This document shows positions 38,938 to 52,094 of a stretch of DNA of 64,000 nucleotides, piece by piece (within the stretch, counting starts at the first letter, position 1; each line of letters starts with the position of its first letter). The stretch is from Candidatus Harrisonbacteria bacterium (GTDB lineage: Bacteria > Patescibacteriota > Minisyncoccia > UBA6257 > 02-FULL-45-10c), in contig JACROC010000004.1 of NCBI GenBank assembly GCA_016214655.1, positions 26,084-90,083 on the forward strand, written 5' to 3'. The translations under genes and the position numbers were made by a program. The notes under the pieces were generated by a model that saw nothing but the letters and a program-made list of their open reading frames with translations, had not been told where the DNA came from and ran no database searches.

Positions 38938-39985
38938 TACTCTGTATCATTCCGACCAACAATGCATTGATCAGTAAATTAGATCCGCCATAACTTAAAA
39001 AGGGGAAGGGGACGCCAATCACTGGCAACAGACCCAAATTAGAACCGACATTTAAAGAAAAATGCAATAACCACAACATAGAGACGCCTAAGCAAAGTAG
39101 TTTAGCAAAATTGCTGTCTGCATTCAATCCTATTTTCATAATTCTGAATAACAAGAACAAGAAAGCCGCCGTAATGGCAATTCCGCCAATTGCGCCCCAC
39201 TCTTCAATAAATGCCGCGAAGATGAAATCAGTCTGCGACTCCGGCAAAAATCCCAGCTGAGACTGCGTTCCTTGTCCGAATCCCTTGCCCCAAAAACCAG
39301 CTGAGCCAACGGCAATCTTAGCTTGAATAACGCTGTAATTAACCCCCAACGGATCGCGCTCGGGATTAAAAAGGCCGATAATCCGTTCCTTCTGGTACGG
39401 TTTCAGAAAACTAGTCCATAAAAATACTAAAGTTATCGCGAATAAAGCAGCCGCCAAAAAAATATGTTTCCAACGAAGACCACTGACTAATAAATAGCCG
39501 AACCAAATGCCGAAAAGAATTAGAGCTGTGCCCATATCCGGCTGGGCCATTATCAATCCCGCTGGTATTAAGAAATATATCAGCGATACTCCTACGGTAC
39601 TCAAATGCGCAATGCCGATATGCTGTTTTGCAAAGAAATACGAATACAGCAGGATCAAGGAAAGCTTGGCTAATTCAGAAGTTTGAAACTGAAACAACCC
39701 GAAGGACAGCCAAGCACGTACTCCCCTTACCGGAACTGCGGCAAAATAAGTAATAAGCAAAAGCAGGATAGCAACCGTATATATGCCAAAAATAAACCAG
39801 CGATAAGTGACAAAGGGCCGCCAGTCAAAGTTAGCCAATAGAATTACAATCCCTAACCCGATAACTCCCCAAAGTAGCTGAAACCAAGCCAAAGAGGAAG
39901 CGGTACTTGAAAGCGACAAAATTCCAGCGGCAAATAAAAAAAGGGTTTCAAAGTTTAAAAGCCAATCAAGACTTTTGATGCGCAT
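38915..39985 (-). CDS. SEDS family peptidoglycan polymerase (FtsW/RodA)
   Basis: 356 aa polytopic protein. It carries the SEDS signature GSAGFWGKGFGQGTQSQLGFLPESQTDFIFAAFIEEWG. Confidence 0.85.
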   Translation of the reverse strand: MRIKSLDWLLNFETLFLFAAGILSLSSTASSLAWFQLLWGVIGLGIVILLANFDWRPFVTYRWFIFGIYTVAILLLLITYFAAVPVRGVRAWLSFGLFQFQTSELAKLSLILLYSYFFAKQHIGIAHLSTVGVSLIYFLIPAGLIMAQPDMGTALILFGIWFGYLLVSGLRWKHIFLAAALFAITLVFLWTSFLKPYQKERIIGLFNPERDPLGVNYSVIQAKIAVGSAGFWGKGFGQGTQSQLGFLPESQTDFIFAAFIEEWGAIGGIAITAAFLFLLFRIMKIGLNADSNFAKLLCLGVSMLWLLHFSLNVGSNLGLLPVIGVPFPFLSYGGSNLLINALLVGMIQSIVVHRRF

Positions 39986-40010
39986 AAATCATCTATATCA
40001 ATTAAAGACC

Positions 40011-40820
40011 TTATTTGAATACTTCTACAAAAACCCCTTTAGTGGTTTCTTCCATATCCACCAAACCCAATAATTCCTCGTCAGCCGGAATAAAAATCTT
40101 GAAACTCTGCACCCGGAAAGGACCGACGTCTCGGAATTCGGTTTTTGAAGCGCCAATCTTGTCCCCCAGCCGATCAATTAAAAAAGAGTTGATAATAACT
40201 TTGGATAGAAGAAAATTATTCGGGTTAGTTATATTTCCGCTGACCACAATTTGATTATCCTCTGCAGTTACCACAACGCCTTCCAAATTATATGGCGGAG
40301 CGGATAAATTTTCTGCTCTCACCCAGACAACGCTAGTATTATCAATTTTTATTTCCGCTCGCTTAGGAATCCCGGCAGTAATTCTTACCCCGGCTTCAAT
40401 GATGTCTTTTGACCCGCCGCCAGAAATAAAAGAATTGTTTTTAACGGTTTTTAAAATCTTATCGGCTGAATCATAAAAATCAAATTCATAGTCAAAACTT
40501 TTAGCGGCAAAAGCGGTATTAAGATTCCTAACTTCGGCAATAGCGGAAAAAAGCCGGTCAGCAGTAAATAACTTCGCCTCGCCAACGGATAAATCTTGAA
40601 TATTTTTCTCCTCGCAGGATATGCAAGAAGCCCCGCCGCAATCTACGCCGGTTTCATCCTGATTTTGCTGATTATCAAAACAGGTTGGAGCGGGCTTTGG
40701 AATCAAAAAATAAATAACCCAGATAACTAGGCCTAGAATTAACAGGTAAAGACCGCCGTAAAAAATATGTTTCATTAAACGCATGATTAATCTTATTATA
40801 AACGCAATGTCTAAAAACAA
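40011..40820 (-). CDS. hypothetical membrane-anchored extracytoplasmic protein
   Basis: 269 aa with an N-terminal TM segment and a Cys-rich patch (CGGASCISC). Confidence 0.4.
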   Translation of the reverse strand: MFLDIAFIIRLIMRLMKHIFYGGLYLLILGLVIWVIYFLIPKPAPTCFDNQQNQDETGVDCGGASCISCEEKNIQDLSVGEAKLFTADRLFSAIAEVRNLNTAFAAKSFDYEFDFYDSADKILKTVKNNSFISGGGSKDIIEAGVRITAGIPKRAEIKIDNTSVVWVRAENLSAPPYNLEGVVVTAEDNQIVVSGNITNPNNFLLSKVIINSFLIDRLGDKIGASKTEFRDVGPFRVQSFKIFIPADEELLGLVDMEETTKGVFVEVFK

Positions 40821-40842
40821 AAAATCCGCGTATTATTTTGAC

Positions 40843-40963
40843 CCCTAGCAAATCCTACTTTCTCGCCAACTCGAAGTCGGTAATATCATCGGAGATATAG
40901 GCTTTCACTTCCGAGTTCGGAATGGGATCGGGTGGGACACCTATAGCTAAATCACTAGGAGAC
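40843..40963 (-). rRNA. rrf: 5S ribosomal RNA
   Basis: The reverse complement contains GTCCCACCCGATCCCATTCCGAACTCGGAAGTGAAA, matching the 5S consensus. It lies about 60 nt downstream of the 23S 3' end. Confidence 0.8.
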
Positions 40964-41023
40964 AAAATAATACACGGATTTTAAAAAAATGTAATTAAGA
41001 ATGAATACTAACTTAAGAGGTCA

Positions 41024-44372
<3,349 letters not shown>

Positions 44373-44613
44373 TAAGTCAGTATTCATTCATCTTCTACTC
44401 AACGATCTAACTAGATCGCCGATTCTACACCCCATGCAGAATCTCGCAATGTATTGGAAAATGCGAATATAATACATTGCTTAAATTTTACTTATATAGT
44501 TTTTCCGCTTTCGCAGAAAACATTTTCAAAATTCAGGAACTTCAATCACGTCTTCAATCTCTCCCATATCTTCCTATGGTCGATCATAGAAAGATATGGG
44601 AAAAATCGACAGA

Positions 44614-44643
44614 GTATTTAAAAAGCTGCGCGAGGCGCAGCTT
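44614..44643 (-). terminator. rho-independent terminator downstream of the 44747..45640 gene
   Basis: On the minus strand, AGCTGCGCCTCGCGCAGCT is followed by TTTTAAAT. Confidence 0.4.
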
Positions 44644-44746
44644 TTCTATGACAAAAAGTTAACGATTTATAAGGCCGCGCTGGTTTGAGTATGTAATATA
44701 GTAACCATTAGTTGTACTAACTATTATACTCGCCAGAAAAATTCTG

Positions 44747-45640
44747 TCAAGGGTCTGTCGCCTGCTTTAACTTGCGAAATTCCTCCAGTAATTTTTCTAA
44801 AGATTTCAACGTGGCGTCAAGATCAACTTCGGGATATTTTCCCTTTAGTAATTCGGGATTTTCTTTTACACGTGCAAGAACAAAGCGGAGCCAGCGAAGA
44901 GCAAACATTTCTAAAATATGAGTAGCAACATTGGGATAATTCTCTTCTCCGAAAGCTCGTTTCCCATGCTTATAATCGGTACGTTTATGGATAGCTTCCT
45001 CGATAATTTCTAAAAATCCGTCTCCGGCTTCACCATTCGGCCATCCAAGCGGCTCTTCTATCATATATCCGAATAGTTGCTGGACCTCTTTCGGAAAACG
45101 GAACCGTGAAACATAATCCATCAGAATCGCGCCGTTTAAATCTAATTTTTCCTCCGCGAAAAGCTCGTCACAATATCGCCACACATCCGTATCCGGAATT
45201 TGGAGCAGTTTTGCAACTTCCTGCACATAAATTATCTTTTCATGATGCTGCCATAAATTCTCGCCGCTACTGACTCTTTTAAAAATATCCAGAATCGCAT
45301 TCTTCCAGCCCAGATTCTGCCAGCGTTCTTTATTCGCTTCAGCAGCCTTCTTAATCAAGCTTTCTCTGACTTTTTTAATCGCCGGACAGCGATACTCATC
45401 TTTGTCAGAAGAACGCACCGTGCCCACCCGCCATTTTCCATCGCCGCATTTCATCCTTTTCCTTTGATAATCAAAGTAACATTCGCAATGGAGCTGTTCT
45501 CCGAAAAACGGCTCGTCTCTGACGTTGATCCCCCTGTATTCCATCCAAGCAACTTCATGTCCATTTTCAATCCAGCTTTGCAGAATCTTCCAGCGAATGC
45601 CGCCCGGCTCCCTAAGATTCCGCCTGTTAATCGCCATCAA
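44747..45640 (-). CDS. hypothetical protein
   Basis: 297 aa soluble protein. No family recognised. Confidence 0.45.
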   Translation of the reverse strand: MMAINRRNLREPGGIRWKILQSWIENGHEVAWMEYRGINVRDEPFFGEQLHCECYFDYQRKRMKCGDGKWRVGTVRSSDKDEYRCPAIKKVRESLIKKAAEANKERWQNLGWKNAILDIFKRVSSGENLWQHHEKIIYVQEVAKLLQIPDTDVWRYCDELFAEEKLDLNGAILMDYVSRFRFPKEVQQLFGYMIEEPLGWPNGEAGDGFLEIIEEAIHKRTDYKHGKRAFGEENYPNVATHILEMFALRWLRFVLARVKENPELLKGKYPEVDLDATLKSLEKLLEEFRKLKQATDP

Positions 45641-45752
45641 AGATCCATTTCAATGATTCTATGCTGGATATTAATTCAAAAATCCCAATATTGCAAACAA
45701 AAAATCTTCAGCCTCACACTGAAGATTTTCTGCTAAATTCTAGATTCTAAAT

Positions 45753-46436
45753 TTATCTTCCCTCCATCGTGTCCTGCAATTTTTGCATAAGATGCGCGGC
45801 ATAATCTTTACCGCCCAGTCCGAACGCAAGTCCGCCGGCTAATGCCATCATGGCAATTAAACCGGTAATAACAGTGTTAATGATGGCTACCGCTATGCCT
45901 AATTGGGATAAGGCTGCCAGCCCACCAAATACCATTACTGACCACCACGCGACGGCTCCCAGGAATTTTGCCGCATGGAGTTTCGCGCTCATTACTGAAG
46001 CCTGAGCCAAGTGCCTGACTAAATTCGCCACTACTGCTGCCGCGGCCATGATCAAGACCGCAATAGCCACGTTAGGCAAATACAAAAGCACATCACGCAA
46101 GAAATTAGAAAGAGCAAAGAAGCCTAATATATCAGAAGCGGCCAGCAAGAAGGCTAAGGCCAAAAACCAATATACCACCTGACCGAGAAAATGGCCGGAG
46201 TTTAATTCCATACCAGCTCTCTTGGTATATTCTTCTAAGCCCAATCTCCTTAGGAGATTATCCAATTTTAATGCGGCAACCACTTTTTCAACTAAAGAGC
46301 CGAGTCCGGCCGCAACGACCAAACCGACTACAAATACTACTGCGGCGCCAATTAAATTTGGCAACCAGGATAATACCTCCAGCCAAAGACTTTGTAATGA
46401 ACTTACTACCACATCAGTCCAAGTTTGAACTAACAT
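45753..46436 (-). CDS. membrane protein with repeated conserved TM helices (MscS-N-terminal-like TM_helix repeats)
   Basis: 227 aa with several similar TM segments. The family assignment is tentative. Confidence 0.45.
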   Translation of the reverse strand: MLVQTWTDVVVSSLQSLWLEVLSWLPNLIGAAVVFVVGLVVAAGLGSLVEKVVAALKLDNLLRRLGLEEYTKRAGMELNSGHFLGQVVYWFLALAFLLAASDILGFFALSNFLRDVLLYLPNVAIAVLIMAAAAVVANLVRHLAQASVMSAKLHAAKFLGAVAWWSVMVFGGLAALSQLGIAVAIINTVITGLIAMMALAGGLAFGLGGKDYAAHLMQKLQDTMEGR

Positions 46437-46565
46437 ATTTTAAATAATACTGAATTAAGTATTCGACCTTTAAATTACGTAATTTAAAGGCTGCCCGTCG
46501 GCAACCTAATATTAAGTATAGCAAATTAGATGTTTTTGTGGAGAAAATCGGTTGTGGATAATTGT

Positions 46566-46635
46566 GGACCCAGCGAGAATCGAACTCGCGCCTCGGCAAT
46601 GCGAATGCCGCGTAATACCACTTTACTATGGGCCC
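46566..46635 (-). tRNA. tRNA-Ala(CGC); CCA not encoded
   Basis: Reverse complement GGGCCCATAGTAAAGTGGTATTACGCGGCATTCGCATTGCCG...CTGGGTCCA. The G3:U70 Ala identity pair is present. The anticodon loop is TTCGCAT. Confidence 0.8.
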
Positions 46636-46656
46636 AATCTAAAATTAGATTCTAAA

Positions 46657-47688
46657 TTATCTAGTAAAATAAAAAAATTCTAGTATAATCAGCACCAACC
46701 AACCAATTTGCAATATGAAAAATCCCCAGATCTGGATGAGTTCCAATCTCTGCATCCGGGACATTCCAAGATTCTCGGAAGCAATAGAATAAACGTCTTC
46801 CAAAGAATCCAATTTTTCTTTGATTCTTTCTCGCCAATCTTCCAATCGGAATTTTTTAGAAAGTAAATCATAAAGCCGGGCCAAATACCAGTCGCCGATC
46901 AGTTTAATTTCTCTTTCCAGCCCCTCAAATTGGGTAACGGATTGAGATCGTACTCTTATAACTTCCCGAAATTCTTGCGTAACCTCTCTTGACGGCCATA
47001 GCCACTTTCTTCGCTTATCCTCGGCCTGAATCAACTTTGACATCTGCCTCATGCGCTCGTCTAAATCTTCATCTAAAATTCTGTATCTCAAGAGTTGATA
47101 ATTTGCTAATTCAAAAAGCTCTATAGTTTCTTCAAATTCACCCTCCGGATCAAAAACAAATGCTCCATCCCAATCCACAATAATTAAATCATCTTTCGCA
47201 TATTTAAACTGAGAAGCTAAGGTGTGTTCTACTTCTTTTTCATCCAATTCCAATTTTTCGGATTTTAAAAGTCCGGCAATTTTTGCAGCATGGCCTTTTA
47301 AAAATAATTCCGGGTCTCCTTTATAGCCGGAAATCTGATAAACCGCGTATTCTTCTGCCGGCTCATCTTTGCCGCCATTCTTTTTGGCAAATTCATAACA
47401 AGCTTCGTGAACTTTATCTTTTAATTCAATCAAGCCATCGTTTTCAAAAATATTTTCAACTTCAAAAGTCCCTTCCACTAAGATAGCATCCGGATGATAA
47501 GTTTTGGCCGCCAATACAATCTCCACCCCATCAACCTTAATCTTTTCCTGGCCCAGAATATGCTGAGCCGGAACAGATTTCTCAAAATAATGCGGGGCGC
47601 TTTTCGCCGGCGGACCCGGGGGCAGCTCCTTGCCGCGCTTAACTCGATTTGCTTCTACTATAATAAATGAGGTGATTTTATGGGCCAT
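46657..47688 (-). CDS. hypothetical protein with C-terminal TM anchor
   Basis: 343 aa, acidic and helical, with a hydrophobic C-terminal tail. Confidence 0.45.
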   Translation of the reverse strand: MAHKITSFIIVEANRVKRGKELPPGPPAKSAPHYFEKSVPAQHILGQEKIKVDGVEIVLAAKTYHPDAILVEGTFEVENIFENDGLIELKDKVHEACYEFAKKNGGKDEPAEEYAVYQISGYKGDPELFLKGHAAKIAGLLKSEKLELDEKEVEHTLASQFKYAKDDLIIVDWDGAFVFDPEGEFEETIELFELANYQLLRYRILDEDLDERMRQMSKLIQAEDKRRKWLWPSREVTQEFREVIRVRSQSVTQFEGLEREIKLIGDWYLARLYDLLSKKFRLEDWRERIKEKLDSLEDVYSIASENLGMSRMQRLELIQIWGFFILQIGWLVLIILEFFYFTR

Positions 47689-47711
47689 ATATACCTATTA
47701 TAACCCGGATG

Positions 47712-48413
47712 CTACCTATTCAATAAAATCGCGACCGCAACCATTCCGGCAGTTTCCGTGCGCAATACCCGCGAACCTAGAGAAACAATCTTTACGCCAT
47801 TTTCTTTTGCGACTTTCAACTCTTGCTCGGTCCAACCGCCTTCGGGACCAACAAGCACATTTAGGGTATAGGGTTTAGGGGTTAGTGTGTAGTTTTTAAT
47901 AGATATGCCCGATTTATCCAACAAAATTTTTTCTCCGGTTAAATTTTTAATAACATCTTCAAAATTTTGCGCCTCTGAAAGTTTCGGAATCATTCCTCTT
48001 TCTGATTGCTCGGCTGCTTCTTTTAAAATTTTTTCCGCTCGTTCAAAATTTAATCCTAATTTTTCGGTTCGCTCCGTAATCACCGGAACAAATTCCAAAA
48101 TACCTACCTCCGTTCCTTTTTGTAAAATCCATTCAAACTTATCTTTTTTGCAAAGCGCCTGATACAAAGTAACTTTCAACTCCGGCTCATTTTTATTTTC
48201 GCTTGTTTCCAAAATTTCTCCGCGCATCAGATTCTGGCCCAATTCCTGAATTTTGGTTTTATATTCCTTCCCGCTGTTATCCAACAAAATCAAATCATCC
48301 CCGGTTTTTAAACGGAGTACTTTTTTCATTTGACTTATAACTTCTTTGTCGGTAACTATAATCCTATTACCGCTCACGGCTTTTGAATCAATGAAAAAGC
48401 GGTATAAACGCAT
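47712..48413 (-). CDS. rsmE: 16S rRNA (uracil-N3)-methyltransferase RsmE
   Basis: 233 aa. It has a PUA-like N-terminus and a SPOUT C-terminus (LNVLVGPEGGWTEQELKVAKENGVKIVSLGSRVLRTETAG). Confidence 0.8.
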   Translation of the reverse strand: MRLYRFFIDSKAVSGNRIIVTDKEVISQMKKVLRLKTGDDLILLDNSGKEYKTKIQELGQNLMRGEILETSENKNEPELKVTLYQALCKKDKFEWILQKGTEVGILEFVPVITERTEKLGLNFERAEKILKEAAEQSERGMIPKLSEAQNFEDVIKNLTGEKILLDKSGISIKNYTLTPKPYTLNVLVGPEGGWTEQELKVAKENGVKIVSLGSRVLRTETAGMVAVAILLNR

Positions 48414-48445
48414 ATATTATTTATATATTATATAATAGGTATTGT

Positions 48446-50782
48446 ATGGCAGAAATAACAGAGATTGGCCACACTAACGTTACTTTAGCCCGAACCCTTG
48501 GTCCTGGGTCTATTATTTTATTGGGCATCGGCTCCCTCTTGGGAGGCGGCATTTTTACTTTACTGGGCCCGGCAGCAGGATTGGCTGGTCCGGGGTTATT
48601 CTTAGCCATGATTCTGGGAGCTGGAATAGCCTTTTTAAACCTGCAAATGTATCTCGCCCTCGGCACTACTTTTCCAGAAGCCGGCGGCGGTTATTTATGG
48701 GTAAGAAAGGGACTTGGAAATTTCCAGGGATTTTTAGCGGGTTGGCTTAGCTGGTTTGCGCACGCGGCCGCCTGCGGCGTGTATGCTTTAAGCTTCGGAT
48801 TTTATGCTCACCAGCTTTTTAAAATCGCCGGCTTCAATTTAAATCTTAGTCTAGACGGAATATCCAACGAAAAACTTATTGCTGCTTTGGTTGTTTTAAT
48901 TTTTGGATATATTAATTGGCGGGGCACTCAAACCACTGGCCAAGCAGGCAACTACATTACCAGCGGCCTACTCGGCATCCTGGCACTCTTTATTATTTCT
49001 GGCATTTATCGGGTACTTACTGCCCCCATCCCATTAGCGAATTTCACCCCGCTCTTGCCATCGGGATTATTAGGAATAGTGGCCGCTGCCAGCTTTTTCT
49101 ACATTGCCTTTGAGGGATCGGAAATACAGGTCCAAGCCGGCGAAGAAACTAAGAATCCAACCCACGACTTAAAAGTGGGATTAATAACTTCTTGGGCCGT
49201 CGTATCTGTTATCTACGTTTTAATAAGCTTAGTAATCATTGGGGCCACTCCCGCCACAGACAAGCCGGTGTGGGAATTGCTTGGTTCTTTTGGAGAAGGC
49301 GCCATCGTTGAAGCGGCCCATAATTTTATGCCGCTTGGCGGAATAATAATGATTATCGGCGGATTACTGGCAAACCTTGCAGCGCTGAATGCCACCATTT
49401 ATTCTTCTAGCCACGTCGCCTTTGCCCTCGCCAGAGATAAAAATATCTGGACCCACTTTGCCCAAATTCATAATAAAAACTTGACTCCGCATTTAGCGGT
49501 AATCGTATCGGTAATTCTAATCACCGCCATGGTACTTACCCTCCCGCTTTTTGATGTAGCCAGCGCAGCCAGCTTACTTTTCGTGCTTTTATTTTTACAG
49601 CTGAACATTGCGGGCACTCAAATTCACTTTAAATTCCCAGATATCAAATGGAATTATAAAATCCCTTTTTTCCCGCTCACCCCGGTATTGGCGATTATTC
49701 TCTATGCCCTGCTGGCTATCACAATGCTAAAAGTTAACCTGAATGCCTGGGTAGTAACAGTTATCTGGACGCTTTTAGGATTAGTGAATTATTTAAGTTA
49801 TGCCGCAACTCAAAGCCGGGAACAATTTGAAAAAGAAATCGTATATGAAGAAGCGGTCCGGGTCGGCCCGAAAACCGGAAAAAGAATTCTCATGCCCATT
49901 GCTCCAGAAACCACCAGCGAAGAACTACGCAATCTTTCGGAAGCAGCCTTCACCTTAGCCAGCGAATTCAGCGGGGAAATCATCGCAGTCAAAATTCATC
50001 AAGTACCGCAACCGCTTATGCTGTTAGATGGAGCCACCATGGCCCATGACCGCCAAATCTTTGAAAATTTAAAAAATTGGGTGAATGAATGGAATGCCAA
50101 AATGCCCGACGTGAAAGATGTCAACCTGCATAGCCTGCTTCTAGTAGGCCGCGACATAGTCCAAAGTATTTTAGATGTAATTAAAATGGAAGATTGTGAT
50201 CTCCTTTTACTTAACTGGGAAGGGTACACGAAAACTAAAGGTACAATTTTTGGAAGTAAAATCGATCGTATCTTACGCGAATCAAAATGTGATCTGATTG
50301 TTATTAAAAATCCAAAACCCATTACTTCTTTAATACTGGCGGCTCATCCAGCCGGAGACAATCCATATCTTTCCTTAATTGGCGAAATTTTTACTGCTTT
50401 TAAGAATTACTATAAGCCGAAAACCGAGCTTTTAAGTATTTTAAATTGGGACACGCCGTTTTATCTAAAGCCAGATCCGCAAATATTACTCAAACCGCTT
50501 CAGCTTAAAAGAAAAGATTTTGATGAAGTTGAATTCTTTAAAGCGAAATCAATCACTACCGCTATAATCGACGAAGCCAAAACCAAAGAAGCAAGCATGG
50601 TTCTCATCACCGCCTCCAGACCGAAACTACTCGGAGAAATCCGTTTTGGCAATATTCCTGAATTACTTGCCAAGCACTCGGATACTTCATTAATGATCGT
50701 CCGAGGCCATCAAAATGTTGCTGAGGCATTCTGGGAAAAGATAATAAAAAAAGCTAGTTTTACAAAAAAAGAAGCAATATAA
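48446..50782 (+). CDS. APC-family amino acid permease fused to C-terminal universal stress protein (UspA-like) domains
   Basis: 778 aa. The N-terminal two-thirds has about 12 TM helices with an amino acid permease signature. The C-terminal third has two Usp-like alpha/beta modules. Confidence 0.75.
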   Translation: MAEITEIGHTNVTLARTLGPGSIILLGIGSLLGGGIFTLLGPAAGLAGPGLFLAMILGAGIAFLNLQMYLALGTTFPEAGGGYLWVRKGLGNFQGFLAGWLSWFAHAAACGVYALSFGFYAHQLFKIAGFNLNLSLDGISNEKLIAALVVLIFGYINWRGTQTTGQAGNYITSGLLGILALFIISGIYRVLTAPIPLANFTPLLPSGLLGIVAAASFFYIAFEGSEIQVQAGEETKNPTHDLKVGLITSWAVVSVIYVLISLVIIGATPATDKPVWELLGSFGEGAIVEAAHNFMPLGGIIMIIGGLLANLAALNATIYSSSHVAFALARDKNIWTHFAQIHNKNLTPHLAVIVSVILITAMVLTLPLFDVASAASLLFVLLFLQLNIAGTQIHFKFPDIKWNYKIPFFPLTPVLAIILYALLAITMLKVNLNAWVVTVIWTLLGLVNYLSYAATQSREQFEKEIVYEEAVRVGPKTGKRILMPIAPETTSEELRNLSEAAFTLASEFSGEIIAVKIHQVPQPLMLLDGATMAHDRQIFENLKNWVNEWNAKMPDVKDVNLHSLLLVGRDIVQSILDVIKMEDCDLLLLNWEGYTKTKGTIFGSKIDRILRESKCDLIVIKNPKPITSLILAAHPAGDNPYLSLIGEIFTAFKNYYKPKTELLSILNWDTPFYLKPDPQILLKPLQLKRKDFDEVEFFKAKSITTAIIDEAKTKEASMVLITASRPKLLGEIRFGNIPELLAKHSDTSLMIVRGHQNVAEAFWEKIIKKASFTKKEAI

Positions 50783-50807
50783 AAACCTCAATTACTTGAG
50801 GTTTTTA
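50783..50807 (+). terminator. rho-independent terminator after the permease gene
   Basis: AACCTCAATTACTTGAGGTT followed by TTT. Confidence 0.5.
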
Positions 50808-50821
50808 ATAACAATACTCGT

Positions 50822-51275
50822 CGGACTGCTGGGAATCGAACCCTTGGACCTTATTTTAATAATAGCTCTCGCCGCGTTGTTAGCCAAAATGAAATAGATC
50901 AAGGCATTCCGACGAGCTGGTGGTTTATACCACAACGAGGAGGAATAACGAAGAGATATTTCATTTTGGCAACAACCCTTTGGGACGCGCCCATTTTATT
51001 ACATCACTTCGTTACTCGTCGGAAAGGTAGCTATAGCTACGATTTCCTCCTCGCGCCTTGCGCTAATAATAAAATAGGCAGCGTCGCGGCAGAGATTAAT
51101 ATTAAAATAAGGTCCTACCTCACACACCCGAAGTCCTGTTAGAAGTTGATATGTCGGGCTGCTGGGAATCGAACCCAGCCCTCGCGCACCCGAAGCGCGT
51201 ATACTACCGATATACTACAGCCCGGTAAAACTTCTAACGGGACAAGCGTGCATACTGCCGGTATACTACAGTCCG
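50822..51275 (-). other. fragmented second tRNA-Pro-like gene enclosing an intact tRNA-Pro (5' piece, middle piece and 3' piece separated by two insertions)
   Basis: The 5' piece (51275 to 51244) is CGGACTGTAGTATACCGGCAGTATGCACGCTT. The middle piece (51132 to 51111) is TTCGGGTGTGTGAGGTAGGACC. The 3' piece (50850 to 50822) is GGTCCAAGGGTTCGATTCCCAGCAGTCCG. The outer acceptor strands CGGACTG and CAGTCCG are perfectly complementary. The three pieces are homologous to parts of the intact tRNA-Pro. Confidence 0.4.
51155..51224 (-). tRNA. tRNA-Pro(CGG); CCA not encoded
   Basis: Reverse complement CGGGCTGTAGTATATCGGTAGTATACGCGCTTCGGGTGCGCGAGGGCTGGGTTCGATTCCCAGCAGCCCGA. It has the Pro-typical C1:G72 pair, anticodon loop TTCGGGT and T-loop TTCGATT. 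Confidence 0.8.
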
Positions 51276-51307
51276 ATAAACTCATTTATACTATAATAAA
51301 GGTAAAT

Positions 51308-52063
51308 ATGAAAAAACAACAACCCCTGAAAAAAACTATTCAGAAAATTAAAGAAAGGGGGCAAGAAGAACGCCGGAAAATCAAGAAATTGATCATCAAA
51401 AGAAAAGATGATTTTTTGACTGCGCTGGAAAAAAACTGGCGCGACTGGGCTTTACAGCCGCTGACTAAACTTTTTTACAGAATCGGAGTTACCGCCAACC
51501 AGATAACTTATCTCGGATTTATTTTAATCGGCATGGCAGTCTGGATGTATCTCCAGCAAATTAATTTTCAATGGCAATTACTAATCCTAATCCTCGCGGG
51601 CATTAGCGACGCCATTGACGGCCCAACTGCCAGAAATAATAACAACGTAACCGTCCTCGGCACTTGGCTGGATCATATACGAGATGGAGCGCTTATGATT
51701 TGGGGATCTTATTTGATATACAAATATAATCTTTTAGACTTGGAAACTATCTTAATAATTTGGGGGCTGCAACTGGTGCTAATTTGGATCACGCTTAAGG
51801 ATTTCTTAATTCGTTATCTTAGGGGGCTGCCCAGCGAAGAAGCGGAAGAATTAGTCAGTCATTTTTCTTTAGATAACTTGCAAGCATCAGTTATCGGCCG
51901 GCTTCAATTTTTTTGCTGGACCGTGGGATATTTACTGCTATTGCTTTTTCTTATTACCGCCAATACCTACTTATTAACCATTGGCCAAACCCTCATCTTC
52001 TTGGAAATTCTATTTACCGCACTAAACATTTTAGAAAGCTACCAAAAAGTTGTGCCGAAATAA
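51308..52063 (+). CDS. CDP-alcohol phosphatidyltransferase family protein
   Basis: The ORF nominally starts at 51146 but overlaps the tRNAs; the likely start is ATG 51308 (MKKQQ). The CDP-OH transferase motif is DAIDGPTARNNNNVTVLGTWLDHIRDG (DGx2ARx8Gx3Dx3D-like). Confidence 0.7.
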   Translation: MKKQQPLKKTIQKIKERGQEERRKIKKLIIKRKDDFLTALEKNWRDWALQPLTKLFYRIGVTANQITYLGFILIGMAVWMYLQQINFQWQLLILILAGISDAIDGPTARNNNNVTVLGTWLDHIRDGALMIWGSYLIYKYNLLDLETILIIWGLQLVLIWITLKDFLIRYLRGLPSEEAEELVSHFSLDNLQASVIGRLQFFCWTVGYLLLLLFLITANTYLLTIGQTLIFLEILFTALNILESYQKVVPK

Positions 52064-52094
52064 AAATCCCCTAAAATCTTTAGGGGATAAATTT

